A DNA stretch of 63,795 bases, filler included, from Octopus bimaculoides (GCF_001194135.2; 4 parts of 4 records of this genome joined end to end with filler, not necessarily neighbours in it); one strand, 5' to 3'; numbered from the whole stretch's first letter, positions 1-12,691 are shown. Notes: generated by a model from the sequence alone, not told the origin. Numbers and translations: made by a program.

Positions 1-164
1 TTACAAGCGAGTCATAGGGCTGCTCAATCAAGGCTGGCCTATGGCTATACAGCAACGTGTATAAAAGCAATATAAAAACAAAGAATCAAGAATTCCTTGA
101 ATGCAAACCAGCTATACTTATTATTTTTCATTTTCCAAAATAGAGAATATTATCGTACGTAAAA

Positions 165-489
165 GGAGCACTCCGTCGGTTACGACGACGAGGATCCCAG
201 ATGATACGATCAACGGAACAGCCTGCTCATGAAATTAACGTGCAAGTGGCTGAGCAATCCACAGACACGTGTACCCTTAACGTAGTTCTCAGGGAGACAC
301 AGCGTGACACATAATGGAACAAGGCCGGCCCTTTGAAATACAGGTACCACTCCTTTTTGCCAGCTGAGTAGACTGGAGCAACGTGAAATAAAGTGTCTTG
401 CTCAAGGACACAACGCGTCGCCGGGAATCGAACTCACGACCTTACGATCGTGAGCCGAATGCTCTAACCACTAAGCTACGCGCATTCAC
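165..489 (-). mobile_element. tRNA-derived SINE, head 1 (tRNA + CORE-like domain) + tail X
   Basis: Minus strand reads A-box TAGCTTAGTGGTTAG and B-box GAGTTCGATTCCC, then GTGTCCTTGAGCAAGACACTTT (resembles the CORE domain), then a tail shared with other copies. Imperfect 13-bp TSD TTATCGTAyGTAA at 150-162 and 491-503. Confidence 0.85.
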
Positions 490-561
490 TTTATCGTATG
501 TAATACCAATATTATCGTATGTAATACCAATATATTTATCACATTATCGTCTGTAATACCA

Positions 562-1012
562 GTTGTTGTTGTTGTTGGCACTCCGTCGCTTACGACCTGG
601 AGGATTCCAGTTGATCCGATCAACGGAACAGCCTGCTCGTGAAATTAACGTGCAAGTGGCTGAGCACTCCACAGACACGTGTACCCTTAATGTAGTTCTC
701 GGGGATATTCAGCGTGACACAGTNNNNNNNNNNGTGTACCCTTAATGTAGTTCTCGGGGATATTCAGCGTGACACAGTGTGACAAGGCTGACCCTTTGAA
801 ATACAGGCACAACAGAAACAGGAAGTAAGAGTGAGAGAAAGTTGTGGTGAAAGAGTACAGCAGCGTTCGCCATCATCCCCTGCCGGAGCTTCGTGGAGGT
901 TTAGGTGTTTTCGCTCAACAATAAACACTCACAATGCCCGGTCTGGGAATCGAAACCGCGATCCTATGACCACGAGGCTGCTGCCCTAACCACTGGGCCA
1001 TTGCGTCTCCAC
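562..1012 (-). mobile_element. tRNA-derived SINE, head 2 + tail X with (CAA)n end
   Basis: A-box TGGCCCAGTGGTTAG, B-box GGTTTCGATTCCC, body GAGCGAAAACACCTAAA, tail ending GACGGAGTGCC(AAC)n. TSD GTAATACCA at 553-561 and 1013-1021. Homologs at 15149, 29145 and 62306. Confidence 0.88.
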
Positions 1013-1069
1013 GTAATACCACTATATTTACAGGTACTTTACTAATGCTAATATTACTGGAGTAAAGAA

Positions 1070-2003
1070 GGCAAAAAGCTGGCAGAATCGTTGGCGCACC
1101 GGGAAAAATACCTAGCAGCATTTCGTCCGTATTTACCTTCAGAGCTCAAATTCCACCGAGATCGACTTTGCCTTTCATCCTTTGGGGGCCGATAAAATAA
1201 GTATCATCTGAGCACTGGAGTCGATATAATCGACTTACTCCATATTCCCGAACTTGATGTCCTTGTGCCAAAATTTGAAACTAACATTAGCGGAATAAAG
1301 CCAAGCAGTTTGTTGCCATTTTCGTTTATTCCTAAGGCGGCGAACTGGCAGAGTCGTTAGCACGCCGGGTAAAATGCTTAGCGGTATTTCGTCTGCCTTT
1401 ACGTTCTGAGTTCAAATTCCGCAGTGGTCAACTTTACCTTTCATCTTTTCGGGGTCGATAAATTAGGTACCAGTTGCGTACCGGGGTCGATCTAATCGAC
1501 TGGCACCCTCCTCCAAAATTTCGGGCCTTGTGCCTAGAATAGAAAAGATTATTGTTTATTCCTATGGCGGCGAGCTGGCGGAGTCATTAGCACGCCGGGC
1601 AAAATGCTTAGTGATATTTCGTCTGCCGCTACGTTCTGAGTTCAAATTCCGCCGAGGTCGACTTTGCCTTTCATCCTTTCGGGATCGATAAACTAAGTAC
1701 CAATGAAACACTGGGGTTGATGTAATCGACTAGTCCCCTCTCTCACAATTTCAGGCCTTGTACATATAGTAGAAAGGATTATTGTTTATTCCTAAGGTGT
1801 CAAGCTGGCAGAGTCGTTAACATGCTTAGCGGCATTTAGTCCATCTTTACGTTTTGAGTTCAAATTTCGCCGAGGTCGACTTTGCCTTTCATCCTTCCTG
1901 GGTAAATAAAATAAATGCCAGTTAAGTACTGGGCTCCATGTATTCAACTCAGTCCCTCCCTCGAAATTGCTGGCCTTGTTCCAAATTTTGAAACCCTTAT
2001 TAT
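1070..2003 (+). mobile_element. Head-to-tail array of four family-B tRNA-SINEs (1070-1288, 1336-1553, 1566-1783, 1796-2003)
   Basis: Each has GAGCTGGCAGAATCGTTAG...GAGTTCAAATTCC and a central GTCGACTTTGCCTTTCATCCTTTCGGGGTCGATAAA block. GTTTATTCCTAw precedes copies 2-4. Confidence 0.88.
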
Positions 2004-3238
2004 TTATCCCTGATCAAGCAGACCTACAAGTGAAATCTTTTCAAGCCATGAATATCAGGTCTTTAATATTTATCTCTTCAGATGTGTCCACAGTAGATTG
2101 TGATATAAAGAATGTTTGGTTATTGTTTCTAGCAAATCGAGGGATGACGTAGAAGCTCTCCTACCGTGGTGTATAAAGCTTAAAATGCATATTCTAAAGT
2201 ATTATAACCCATAGCATCTATCGCAGAATTTAAACCAGAAATCTTAAAAGACAAAATCTCTGGATTTGTAATACGTTTTATTCAATACTAAGGTCGATAA
2301 AATAAGTAGCCATGATCATTTGAAACGACTATATCATACTCTGTTGCAGAAATTGACCTTATTGCTAGTAGCTAGTAAAAGGAAATTGGTTTTATTATAT
2401 ATTCTATTCAATAATTAATTTTACCAGTATTTTTGTTTCATTTATCGATTCTCTATAAATAATACAGAGTATCGTATTTAAAATGAACGTAGAATAATAA
2501 AATTTTAATTAATTGCAGCGAATTCTTTATCTAGGCTTTGTTTTAATTATTTGTTTGATTCTTTCTTTTCTTTTCGTTTGATTAAGTCACTCGATCATCT
2601 TGTTTTGCCGGTGTCGCCATTTTTGTCGTCGACGATGACAAATGAATTTCCCTCCTGAATGGAAAGTACAAGTAGCAGCGGTCCGGATAACCGACTGGAT
2701 CATATCGTAATGACAGTGTTTCCATTTCTATTCACCATTGCTCTCTTTCATTTCCTACACTTCGTCCAGGCATTCTCTTCTTTTCTCAGAACTGCACGCA
2801 ATCCACCGGAAATCTTTCCCCGCCTATATTTCTTCCATTAGACATTGATTCACAGCTGTCCAATTTAAACACTAACCATATCAGCGAACAAAGAAACTTC
2901 AACACGATCATTTGACCTACAATAAATAACAACCGTATCTTCCTTAAATCACATTTCACTGTCATTTAGAAAATGGCAGCTTAGTTTGAATTATATAGTC
3001 TGAAAAAAAAAAAAAAAAAAACGACGGGTTGGTCGGGCTGACGAGTTTAAAAATCAACAACAAAAACACTTCAGCGAGGGGCCTACAAAAACATCTCAAA
3101 AGAGAAGCCTACAAAGGTTATGCTCACTGACCTTCATTCTTGAACTCCATGATGCACCTGCGCCGACTCACTCTTTCGATATTATGTAACTATAGAAATA
3201 ATTTAATCGAAGCTACCCTTTCCGTACTCAATCTAGAT

Positions 3239-3360
3239 CAGTGCTTCGTAGCCTTTTCGTCACTTGCGTTACACTTATATTCTTTTCAAAATTCGGCGGC
3301 ACACCTAGCATCGTCCCGTGACACACCAGTGTGTCGCGGCATACTGGTTGGGGAGCACTG
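3239..3360. mobile_element. hAT (Charlie/Buster-type) MITE, 122 bp
   Basis: Imperfect TIRs CAGTGCTTCGTAGCC / GGTTGGGGAGCACTG. Perfect 8-bp TSD ATCTAGAT at 3231-3238 and 3361-3368, matching the NTCTAGAN preference of Charlie-type hATs. Confidence 0.85.
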
Positions 3361-3687
3361 ATCTAGATCTTTAGAAATCAGTGATCCAAGTCCTGCAAAC
3401 TGAAGAAATACATGAAATTATTCTATATTACAAGTGGGACACATTCAGTGCAGGATTTGGATATGATAAGGTTCTAAGATATATGGAATATACCAGAAAG
3501 TCTAACAAAAGTTCATAACTTCAATACTTATCATGTATTTCTGATGCTGTGCGGATTTCGAGGCCCTAAGCTGCGACTTGCTTAGCTAATTCCTAAATTC
3601 ATCGCTGATTATGTCAACAGAAAGAGTAGACCTTCCAAGTATTTAATCTTGCCCGTCTCTATTCACCTCACCGCCTTAATATAATGA

Positions 3688-3835
3688 TTATAATAATAAT
3701 CTTTTCTAATATAGGCACAAGGCCTAAAATATTGGGGAGAGGAGTAGTCGATTACATCGACCCCAGTGTTTCACTGGTACTTAATTTATCGACCCCTGAA
3801 AGGGATGAAAGGCAATGTCGACCTTATCGGAATTT
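3688..3835 (-). mobile_element. Family-B SINE, 5-prime truncated
   Basis: Reverse complement of the B central block and of tail B1 (GGCCTTGTGCCTATATTAGAAAAGATTATT). Confidence 0.8.
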
Positions 3836-4583
3836 GAATGAAGAAAGAAAAAAATCCTTTCTACTATAAGGGGTACGTCGATTACATCTAACCCAGTGTT
3901 CAACTAATACTTATTTCATATACTACCTGTACCAATTTTCTCTTTTATTCTTCCAATGTGAAACATATATGACGCCAGTGATCAAGCTGAGTATATTTTA
4001 TCAACGATATATCCTAAGCCTACCCCATCATTATTTAAATCGTAAAGGAACCCGTTATTTTCTATTTACAAACTTTTTTCAACCAAACAAAAATCATATN
4101 NNNNNNNNNNNNNNNNNNNNNNNNNNNNNNNNNNNNNNNNNNNNNNNNNNNNNNNNNNNNNNNNNNNNNNNNNNNNNNNNNNNNNNNNNNNNNNNNNNNN
4201 NNNNNNNNNNNNNNNNNNNNNNNNNNNNNNNNNNNNNNNNNNNNNNNNNNNNNNNNNNNNNNNNNNNNNNNNNNNNNNNNNNNNNNNNNNNNNNNNNNNN
4301 NNNNNNNNNNNNNNNNNNNNNNNNNNNNNNNNNNNNNNNNNNNNNNNNNNNNNNNNNNNNAAAAAAGGAAAGTTCACATCGCTATTCTGTCAGTCCTTTC
4401 ACCATCAGTGCAGACACGATAAGATCACAAGATCACTTGGTCTATAAAATAAATACAAATCTCACGTAAAAAAAAGGAAAGTTCACATCGCTATTCTGTC
4501 AGTCCTTTCACCATCAGTGCAGACACGATAAGATCACAAGATCACTTGGTCTATAAAATAAATACAAATCTCACGTAAGAAAA

Positions 4584-4800
4584 GCGGAAAGTTGGTAGAA
4601 TCGTTAGCCCGCCGAACAAAATGCTTAGCAACATTTCGTCCGTCTTTACGTTCTGAGTTCAAATGCCGCCAAGATTGACTTTATCTTTCACCTTTTCTGG
4701 GCCGATAAAATAAGTACCAGTTGAACACTGGAGTCAATGTAATCGACTTATACCGTCCCCTCAAATTGCTGGTCTTGTGCCAAAATTTGAAACCAATATC
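4584..4800 (+). mobile_element. Family-B SINE with tail B2
   Basis: Full head and central block, ends GGTCTTGTGCCAAAATTTGAAACC. Confidence 0.85.
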
Positions 4801-4840
4801 TAACGTAAGGGGATGGGATTGACAGAATCGTTAGAGCATC

Positions 4841-4974
4841 TTTGCCTTTCATACTTTCGGGGTCGATTAAATAAGTACCAGTTACGCACTGGGGTCGATA
4901 TAATCGACTTAATCCGTTTGTCTGTCCTTGTTTGTCCCCTCTATGTGTAGCCCCTTGTGGGCAGTAAAGAAATA
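4841..4974 (+). mobile_element. 5-prime truncated family-B SINE (tail B3) nested in the head of an older B copy (about 4810-5110)
   Basis: 17-bp TSD AGAATCGTTAGAGCATC at 4824-4840 and 4975-4991. The interrupted head resumes with GGGTAAAATGCC. Confidence 0.82.
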
Positions 4975-5629
4975 AGAATCGTTAGAGCATCGGGTAAAAT
5001 GCCACGTGGTATTTGTTCCGAATCCCTACGCTCCGGGTTCAGATCCTTTCGAGATCAACTTTGTAATTCATTTTCTCGAAGTCGATAAGATAAAGTACCA
5101 ATTCAAGGCGGTTGATTAACGGAATTGTTGGAGCCTCGAACGAGATGATTTGCCTCGTTCCTAGTCTTTGATTTTTGCGTTCAAATACTGTCAAAGGATT
5201 CAGATCCCACCAATACTTCGGGGTTAATCATCCGATCACAGGATCGTAATTAGTTACGAATGCCGCAATAGGTGGAAGAGGTTTGCAGTCGTATGATAAT
5301 GATTAATGCGATTGATTCTGTCGACACAAACTCACACACGGATACCTTGGAAATAACTAACCTTATGCTTATATAAGAAATCGTTATTTGGTTTTATGAA
5401 CCAGCACTGTGGCACTGCTTTGATCTACAACCAATTGTTCAATGTTTGCCAATAAGAACTGTTTTGTATGAAGGTTTCAAAGCAATTAGCATCATAAAGT
5501 GAATCGATTTCTGCCGAGAGTTGAAACCGGTTTGCAGACTCGAAACCAGATCGCAGTGAATTTATTGTGTTGCACCACAACACTCTGTGTAACAATAAAT
5601 ACGTGAACAAAACTTATGATAATGAGAAA

Positions 5630-5970
5630 CGATGTTGTTGCTGCTGCAGCAGGTGGTGGTGGTGGTGGTGGTAATGATGATGATTATTATGACAACGACG
5701 ACGATAGCGACGACGACGACGACGATGATGATAACCAAGATGTTTTATGGTGAATATTGCAGAAGTGATGAGAATGGAAATGGGAAAGAGGGCGATGATG
5801 GTGATGATGATGATGATGACAATGACGATGAGGTCTAAGGTAGTGATGGCGATAGGAATGAAAATTATGAGGACAATGATAATAATGAAGAAGGGCTGGA
5901 GGAGGGGGAGGAGGATAATGAGGAAGAGGAAGATGGTGGTAGTGATTACAATTATGATGATGACAATTAT
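5630..5970. repeat. Triplet low-complexity tract (GGT/GAT/GAC/GAG mosaic)
   Basis: Visible triplet runs; the overlapping ORFs are homopolymeric. Confidence 0.9.
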
Positions 5971-7431
5971 CTCGATAAAGAAGTGGCGGGGCGGGTGGGG
6001 TTACGCGGGTCATAAAGATGACAATTATTACTTAGAATCAAAAATAAGGATTGTTTTTCTCAGGTTTCAAGAATTAGTAAACGGTTACTGTTGAAACAGA
6101 ATCAAGTCGCTGACTAGGTCCATCGAAAACTCACCTCCATTTCCAAACAACACCTAAAAGTGAATAAATATATCCACATCTACTCATAACAGACTTTCAA
6201 TGGAAATGAACAGGCCCACGCTCTCATAAAACCTGCTGCAATCAATAAAAGAAAATGGCCTCCATACGTCAACTGGGACGCCCTTCAATCATACTTTTGA
6301 GCAACTGGAAAATTTCTTTTATCGCTCACAAAGAGATAAAGTCATCTTCCTCCTACCTGTTTTTGAATAAATCCTTTAGGCATAAGGGCACATACCACTC
6401 CCTACTTTCTTTTTACACCACCATCTGAGCATTGTCATAAACTGCTTTTCTGCAAGTTACGCTAGTAAAAGAGTTCTTGTTAAAGTGTTGTTTTTGTGTT
6501 GCCTAAGTAAATGATTTCACTTCTTAAAATTGTATGATTCTTTTTCATTTGATAATTGTGTGTCTGCTCAACTGAGTTTTATCTATCTATTTACTTACTA
6601 TTTCAGTTTTCCGTTTTGCTGTTTCATTCATCGATCCTTTTGCTGGGGGATTTTTACATTCCTCTAGAACAAGAACTTATAATGAGAGAAATATAAGCAA
6701 AACACGAAATAAAAACGTGTCTAAAAAGACACCTTTAGTCTATCTCCGTTCTTGGCACAAACTGCAACACACTCCTAAAAGAATTTTCATCTGGTAATAT
6801 TTAGCAAAAAGAAAAAAAAAAGAAAAAATAGTGTTCTAGGGGTCGACTGAAAATACGGCTGTACGCATCAAAACACACAGCAATAACAGTAACAGCAACC
6901 AATAACAACAAAAATAGTAATAAGAATAATAATAATAAGAAGAACTATATGTTTTGCACTGGTGTAAAATATTTGGCTACAGCAAATATTCTGTTCAATA
7001 CCACAGATTTGCTTGTAAATTGTTTGACCTTAACCAGCTGAGCATTCTCATGGTGGCTGACGATATGTGTATCTGGTCACAAGCAGAAGTAGTGGGAGAG
7101 CTCATAGTCATGTATCGAGAGAGATTCTTCGGGGTTTGAAAAATCCACCTCTGGAAACACGGGAGTTTCGTTCAACATCCTTAAACAACCGTTATTCGGT
7201 ACCTTTTGAAAGGGAAAGGCTACTGAACATGAAGAAAATTCTAACTGGGCCCCACCTGCAAGGCCATGCGCTATTTATCTTGATATAAAATCACCATACC
7301 GCGCACATATAACTGTGATGCCCGTGTCTGGCGTACCATTATCAGAAAGGTAGTCATGATGGGTATATTGGGCTTCGTATATTTCTACTCCAGTGTCACA
7401 TTCATGACATGCACAGCTCTCTCACTTCATG

Positions 7432-7507
<76 letters not shown>

Positions 7508-7508
<1 letters not shown>

Positions 7509-8358
7509 GAAAGGGAAAACCGTCTTAATTCCCAAATCCACGGAAACGGAGAAACCACAAAACTACAGACCTATAACCTGTCTCCCTACGATCTACAAAG
7601 CCTTTACCGCAATAATATCGCAGAGATTGAGTAAGCACCTAGAAAATAACAACCTGTTTCCAGAAGAGCAGAAGGGATGCTGCAAGGGCTCATACGGCTG
7701 TAAAGATCAATTATCGATCAATAAAGCTATAACTGAAGACAACCGCAGAAAGAAGAAAGGCCTCAGTATGGCCTGGATGGACTACCAAAAGGCTTTCGAC
7801 AGTGTTCCCCACACGTGGGTTCTCGATACACTAGCCATAAACAAGGTGGCACCAATTATTATAAAATACATAAGGCACTCCATGAAGAAATGGCAGACAG
7901 TGCTACAGCTCCAAACAAAAGAGGGACTTGTGAAAACGAAAGCGATCCCCATTAGAAGAGGAATATTCCAGGGAGACACGCTCTCTCCACTCCTGTTCTG
8001 CCTGGCATTCACACCTTTAAATGAATTGCTAAATAGAACTGGATGCGGATACAAATGTTACGGTAAAACAGTCAGCCACCTTTTATATATGGATGACCTA
8101 AAATTATACGCCAGAAATGACAAAGAGCTGAAAACACTACTACAGACAGTACATGGCTTTACCAAGGAAATAGATATGAAATTCAGATTAGAAAAATGTG
8201 CCAAAGCAACCCTGAAAAGAGGAAAATTAGTTACAAGTAGCAACATCACACTAGATAAAGCCAATGAAATAAGAGAACTAGACGAAAGCCAACCATACAA
8301 ATATTTAGAAGTCAATGAACTAGATAGGATACAACACACACAAATGAAAGAAAAATAA
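7508..8358 (+). pseudogene. Reverse transcriptase fragment of the R4/Dong element (frameshifted after 8358; continues in 8528-9922)
   Basis: ORF track 7429..8358. The N-terminal poly-Ile is translated (AAT)n target, not protein. Confidence 0.88.
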
Positions 8359-10022
8359 AGAAAGAGTACTATAGATGAGTTAGATCAATATTAAAACAGA
8401 GCTCAATGCTAAAAACAAAATAACAGGTATTAACACTCTAGCTGTCCCAGTTATAAGTTATAGCTACAATATCCTTAACTGGACACTAAACGAACCATCT
8501 AAAATAGACAAGAAAACAAGAAAAATAATGACAGGATATAGGCTGCACCACCCAAAATCTGACATAGAAAGGTTATATATACAACGCACAGAAGGTGGCA
8601 GGGATCTTATACAGCTGGAAAACTATTATAAAATAACCACCATAGGACTGCAAAAATACCTACTCCAGAAGCAAGGAAAACTAATACAAATAGCCACAAA
8701 ACACGAGCAAAGCAAAAAACTGTTTTCAGTATTTAAGGAAGCTGACAAATACAAACAAGAAATCATACTACCTAACAAATACGAAGACGAAGAAGAAGAA
8801 ACAACAAAGGCTATAAAACAAATGAAATCCAAACTNNNNNNNNNNNNNNNNNNNNNNNNNNNNNNNNNNNNNNNNNNNNNNNNNNNNNNNNNNNNNNNNN
8901 NNNNNNNNNNNNNNNNNNNNNNNNNNNNNNNNNNNNNNNNNNNNNNNNNNNNNNNNNNNNNNNNNNNNNNNNNNNNNNNNNNNNNNNNNNNNNNNNNNNN
9001 NNNNNNNNNNNNNNNNNNNNNNNNNNNNNNNNNNNNNNNNNNNNNNNNNNNNNNNNNNNNNNNNNNNNNNNNNNNNNNNNNNNNNNNNNNNNNNNNNNNN
9101 NNNNNNNNNNNNNNNNNNNNNNNNNNNNNNNNNNNNNNNNNNNNNNNNNNNNNNNNNNNNNNNNNNNNNNNNNNNNNNNNNNNNNNNNNNNNNNNNNNNN
9201 NNNNNNNNNNNNNNNNNNNNNNNNNNNNNNNNNNNNNNNNNNNNNNNNNNNNNNNNNNNNNNNNNNNNNNNNNNNNNNNNNNNNNNNNNNNNNNNNNNNN
9301 NNNNNNNNNNNNNNNNNNNNNNNNNNNNNNNNNNNNNNNNNNNNNNNNNNNNNNNNNNNNNNNNNNNNNNNNNNNNNNNNNNNNNNNNNNNNNNNNNNNN
9401 NNNNNNNNNNNNNNNNNNNNNNNNNNNNNNNNNNNNNNNNNNNNNNNNNNNNNNNNNNNNNNNNNNNNNNNNNNNNNNNNNNNNNNNNNNNNNNNNNNNN
9501 NNNNNNNNNNNNNNNNNNNNNNNNNNNNNNNNNNNNNNNNNNNNNNNNNNNNNNNNNNNNNNNNNNNNNNNNNNNNNNNNNNNNNNNNNNNNNNNNNNNN
9601 NNNNNNNNNNNNNNNNNNNNNNNNNNNNNNNNNNNNNNNNNNNNNNNNNNNNNNNNNNNNNNNNNNNNNNNNNNNNNNNNNNNNNNNNNNNNNNNNNNNN
9701 NNNNNNNNNNNNNNNNNNNNNNNNNNNNNNNNNNNNNNNNNNNNNNNNNNNNNNNNNNNNNNNNNNNNNNNNNNNNNNNNNNNNNGTGCCTTAGGTATAA
9801 TAAAAAAATATTCAGACAAATACATAACAAAAGCACCAAGACTTACAAATATATATAACATACAGAAAATTGCACTATTGGGCACTGCACACATCCTACG
9901 CAAAACACTTTCAATACAGTAACCATAAGAGCATCACAGCAAACCACAGCACATACCCAAGGCACACAGAGCTGCGCTCGGTAGTGAAGTGAAAGCACGT
10001 TATAAAAATAAAACTACTGAAC

Positions 10023-10023
<1 letters not shown>
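7508..10023 (+). mobile_element. R4/Dong-clade RLE non-LTR retrotransposon, 5-prime truncated, flanked by (AAT)n
   Basis: RT motifs NYRPITCLPTIYK, EEQKGC, MAWMDYQKAFDSVPH, GIFQGDTLSPLLFCLA, HLLYMDDLKLY. C-terminus IQKIALLGTAHILRKTLSIQ is typical of the R4 clade. About 100-bp 3-prime UTR. (AAT)n at 7431-7507 and 10023-10093. Gap 8836-9785 hides the zinc knuckle and endonuclease. Confidence 0.9.
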
Positions 10024-10066
<43 letters not shown>

Positions 10067-10095
10067 CAACAGCAGCAACAATAATAATAATAATG

Positions 10096-11990
10096 CACAC
10101 ACTACCTCACCAGCATAAAGATGCAACAAATGGTACAATAGAAAGTTACCTGAAACTATGAGATATCGAAAAATAATAGTGGTGAAGACGTTCGTGACGA
10201 ACGTTACCTTACCTCAGTTTGTGAAGGGAATGCCTCTCGCTCGGCAGTGGTTCAGTAAAGCTGCAGACTGACCACAGCTGTAATCCTAATACAGCACCAG
10301 CAGATAATAGAGTAAGGAGGAGGAAGTGAACCAGCGAAGAAAACAAGATAGTGATACAGTGCTACTTAGAAAGTGAACAGAAAGAAGGGACTATAGAAAA
10401 CGTTTGTTAACACTGTGGGCAGAGAAGGGTATGTTTAAAGTGACTGAGCAGATATTAGTATATCAAGCTAATGCTATTAGGAGAAGAAAGTGGATGACAA
10501 AATTGGAGGTAGAAAAGATCACAGGAGAACTAGATAAGAAAGACAAGGCAGTAAGAAAGACAAACAACAACATAAGAGATACAGCTCAAACCAAAGAAGA
10601 ACCTAAAAGAAAAAATAATAATGGCGCTGCCAATAAAGAAGGGACTACTGGCACCAATGACTTAAGTGATTTAAGGGAGGTCAGAAGATTTTAGATGAGT
10701 TGCAGGAAGTAAGAAGCAAAAAAGTAAGAAAAAGATTGCCTGCATTAAAAAGCACCAACAGAAGGAAGTCGTTAGAAATGACTAGGAAAGTAGATTCTGT
10801 TATCAGTAAGATAGATACTAAAAATATAGGAGACACTAACTTATTGATCTATGCAGGAGGGGCTTTAGTCACTAGAAGATTAAATGTCTCACAGGGAAAA
10901 TTAAAAAAGAATAAATGTGGAAAAGGTGACTATAAAATAAAGTGAAGACGTTAAGACAAGATCTGAGTAGAAGAGAAGCCTGGAAACTGAACAAGTTAAG
11001 AAACACCAGATACAAATCTTCCCTTGAGAAAAGATACTTAGTCAAAGAGAAAGGATTTGGGAGAGTAATAGAAGAGATGAAACAGTGTATGATCCAGATA
11101 TCAGAAAAGAATAGATCGTTATCAACAGAATATATTATTTGAGACAGACAAGTGGAGATTTTATAACCAAAGATAGTGAAGAACGAAGTACTGAAGATGA
11201 GAAACCTAATGCAGAGGAAGCTAGAAAATTCTGGAATAATATTTGGAATACGCCAGTCACTCATAATGAGGATGCAATATTCATAAAGGAAGTGAAGGAA
11301 GAAATAGTGAGTGAGAAGTAGCCAGATCTAAGACTAACTAGTACATTAATGAGTAAAGTGTTAGGAAAAATGCCGAATTGGAAGGGACTAGGACCAGATT
11401 TAGTTCAAGGGTACTGGCTAAAGAAATTCAGTAGCTTATATTGGAGGGGAGCTGAAGGAACAACTTCAGCATTGCCTTAATGAAGGAATAATACCAGATT
11501 GGATAACTAAAGTGAGGACAATATTCATGATGAAAGATAAGAGCAAGGGTAACTAGCAACTATAGACCAATTACTTACCATTAGTGTGACAGCTGTTAAC
11601 AAGAATGCTTTCAGAAAGCATTTACAAGCACCTTGACAACCAGAATATACTGCCAGAAGAACAAAAAGGTTGCAGGAAGAAGGCTAGAGGAACGCGTAAT
11701 CTATTATGCATAGACAAAGCAGTTCTAAATGAAGTAAACGCTAGAAATAAAAATCTAACACCAGCATGGATAGATTATAGGAAAGCTTAGGACATGATCC
11801 TACACTCATGGTTAAGTGAATGTTTGAGTATATTCAGTATAGCAGACAACGTAAGAGAATTAATTAGCTTTAGCATGAAGAAATGGAAAGTAGTTCTCTA
11901 CTCAGGTGACACACTCTCCGGGAAAGTTAATATCAAAAGAGAAATTTTCCGGGGGAACTCGTTGTCCCCTTTAATATTTGTCTTATGTTT
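10096..11990 (+). mobile_element. Degenerate R4/Dong element: N-terminal region to mid-RT, 3-prime end missing
   Basis: Fragments LWAEKGMFKVTEQILVYQANAIRRRKW, KGFGRVIEEMKQ, KPNAEEARKFWNNIW, LPEEQKGCRKKARGT, WIDYRKA, IFRGNSLSPLIFVLC, with many stops and frameshifts. Confidence 0.85.
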
Positions 11991-12585
11991 TACTCACATT
12001 TCTTATACTGTCCTCGGTAAAGCTGATAGGTTCTTGCTGGTAATAGGAAGTTGTTTGCTTCAGACTGCAGAGCCATTCAACTCCAGTATTATGTTGCTCT
12101 TGCTTACTCCATATCTCATTCCAAAGCTGTCGACTTTCATCTGCATCAGGAAGTAATTTTTTGCATGCTAAACCATCGTCCAGTTCTTGATAATTTTTTT
12201 TTTAGTCAGTTCTAAATTATCAGTTTTGCCGGTATTGTTTAAACCATTGGTCAAACCTAATTAGTTTTACCTTCTTGGCAAGTAAGCGCTGCTTCATTTC
12301 TTCAATCACAACATTCACTCCCTTTATATCAACACCATAACTCTTCAATTTTTCAAATTTATGACCATTCTGTAGTTCTCCATTTCTTTTCCTGCCACAT
12401 AATGACACTACTCTATTCAGAGACCTTATATCTTCTGATGTTTTCCTTTTCCACCAAGGTTGCTTATTTCCTTTTCTTTCCGTCAAAGTTGTGTTCTCAT
12501 TGATATTCAATACCATCCTTTTTGCAACACTTCTACTTCCAGCTTGATGAGCTTATTTGTTTGTGAGATGTTCTTTGTTTCAATG
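11990..12585 (-). mobile_element. Degenerate R4/Dong fragment (pre-RT region)
   Basis: QPWWKRK, KGVNVVIEEMKQRLLAKK...QYRQN; manual translation continues LPDADESRQLWNEIWSKQEQHN. Confidence 0.8.
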
Positions 12586-12620
12586 TATTTATTGTTGTTG
12601 TTGCTATTATTATTGTCGTC

Positions 12621-12621
<1 letters not shown>

Positions 12622-12691
<70 letters not shown>

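Noticed and set aside
420-489. tRNA gene calls at SINE heads (also about 940-1012, 15149-15215, 52656-52725)
   Set aside because: A/B boxes run directly into SINE bodies with TSDs; no complete acceptor stem.
2600-2830. Possible promoter or first exon (YY1-like GCCATTTT, minus-strand AAAATGGCG)
   Set aside because: The ORF stops after 12 codons; a single motif is insufficient evidence.
4361-4578. Perfect 109-bp tandem duplication
   Set aside because: Identical copies directly beside a gap; most likely a gap-filling artefact.
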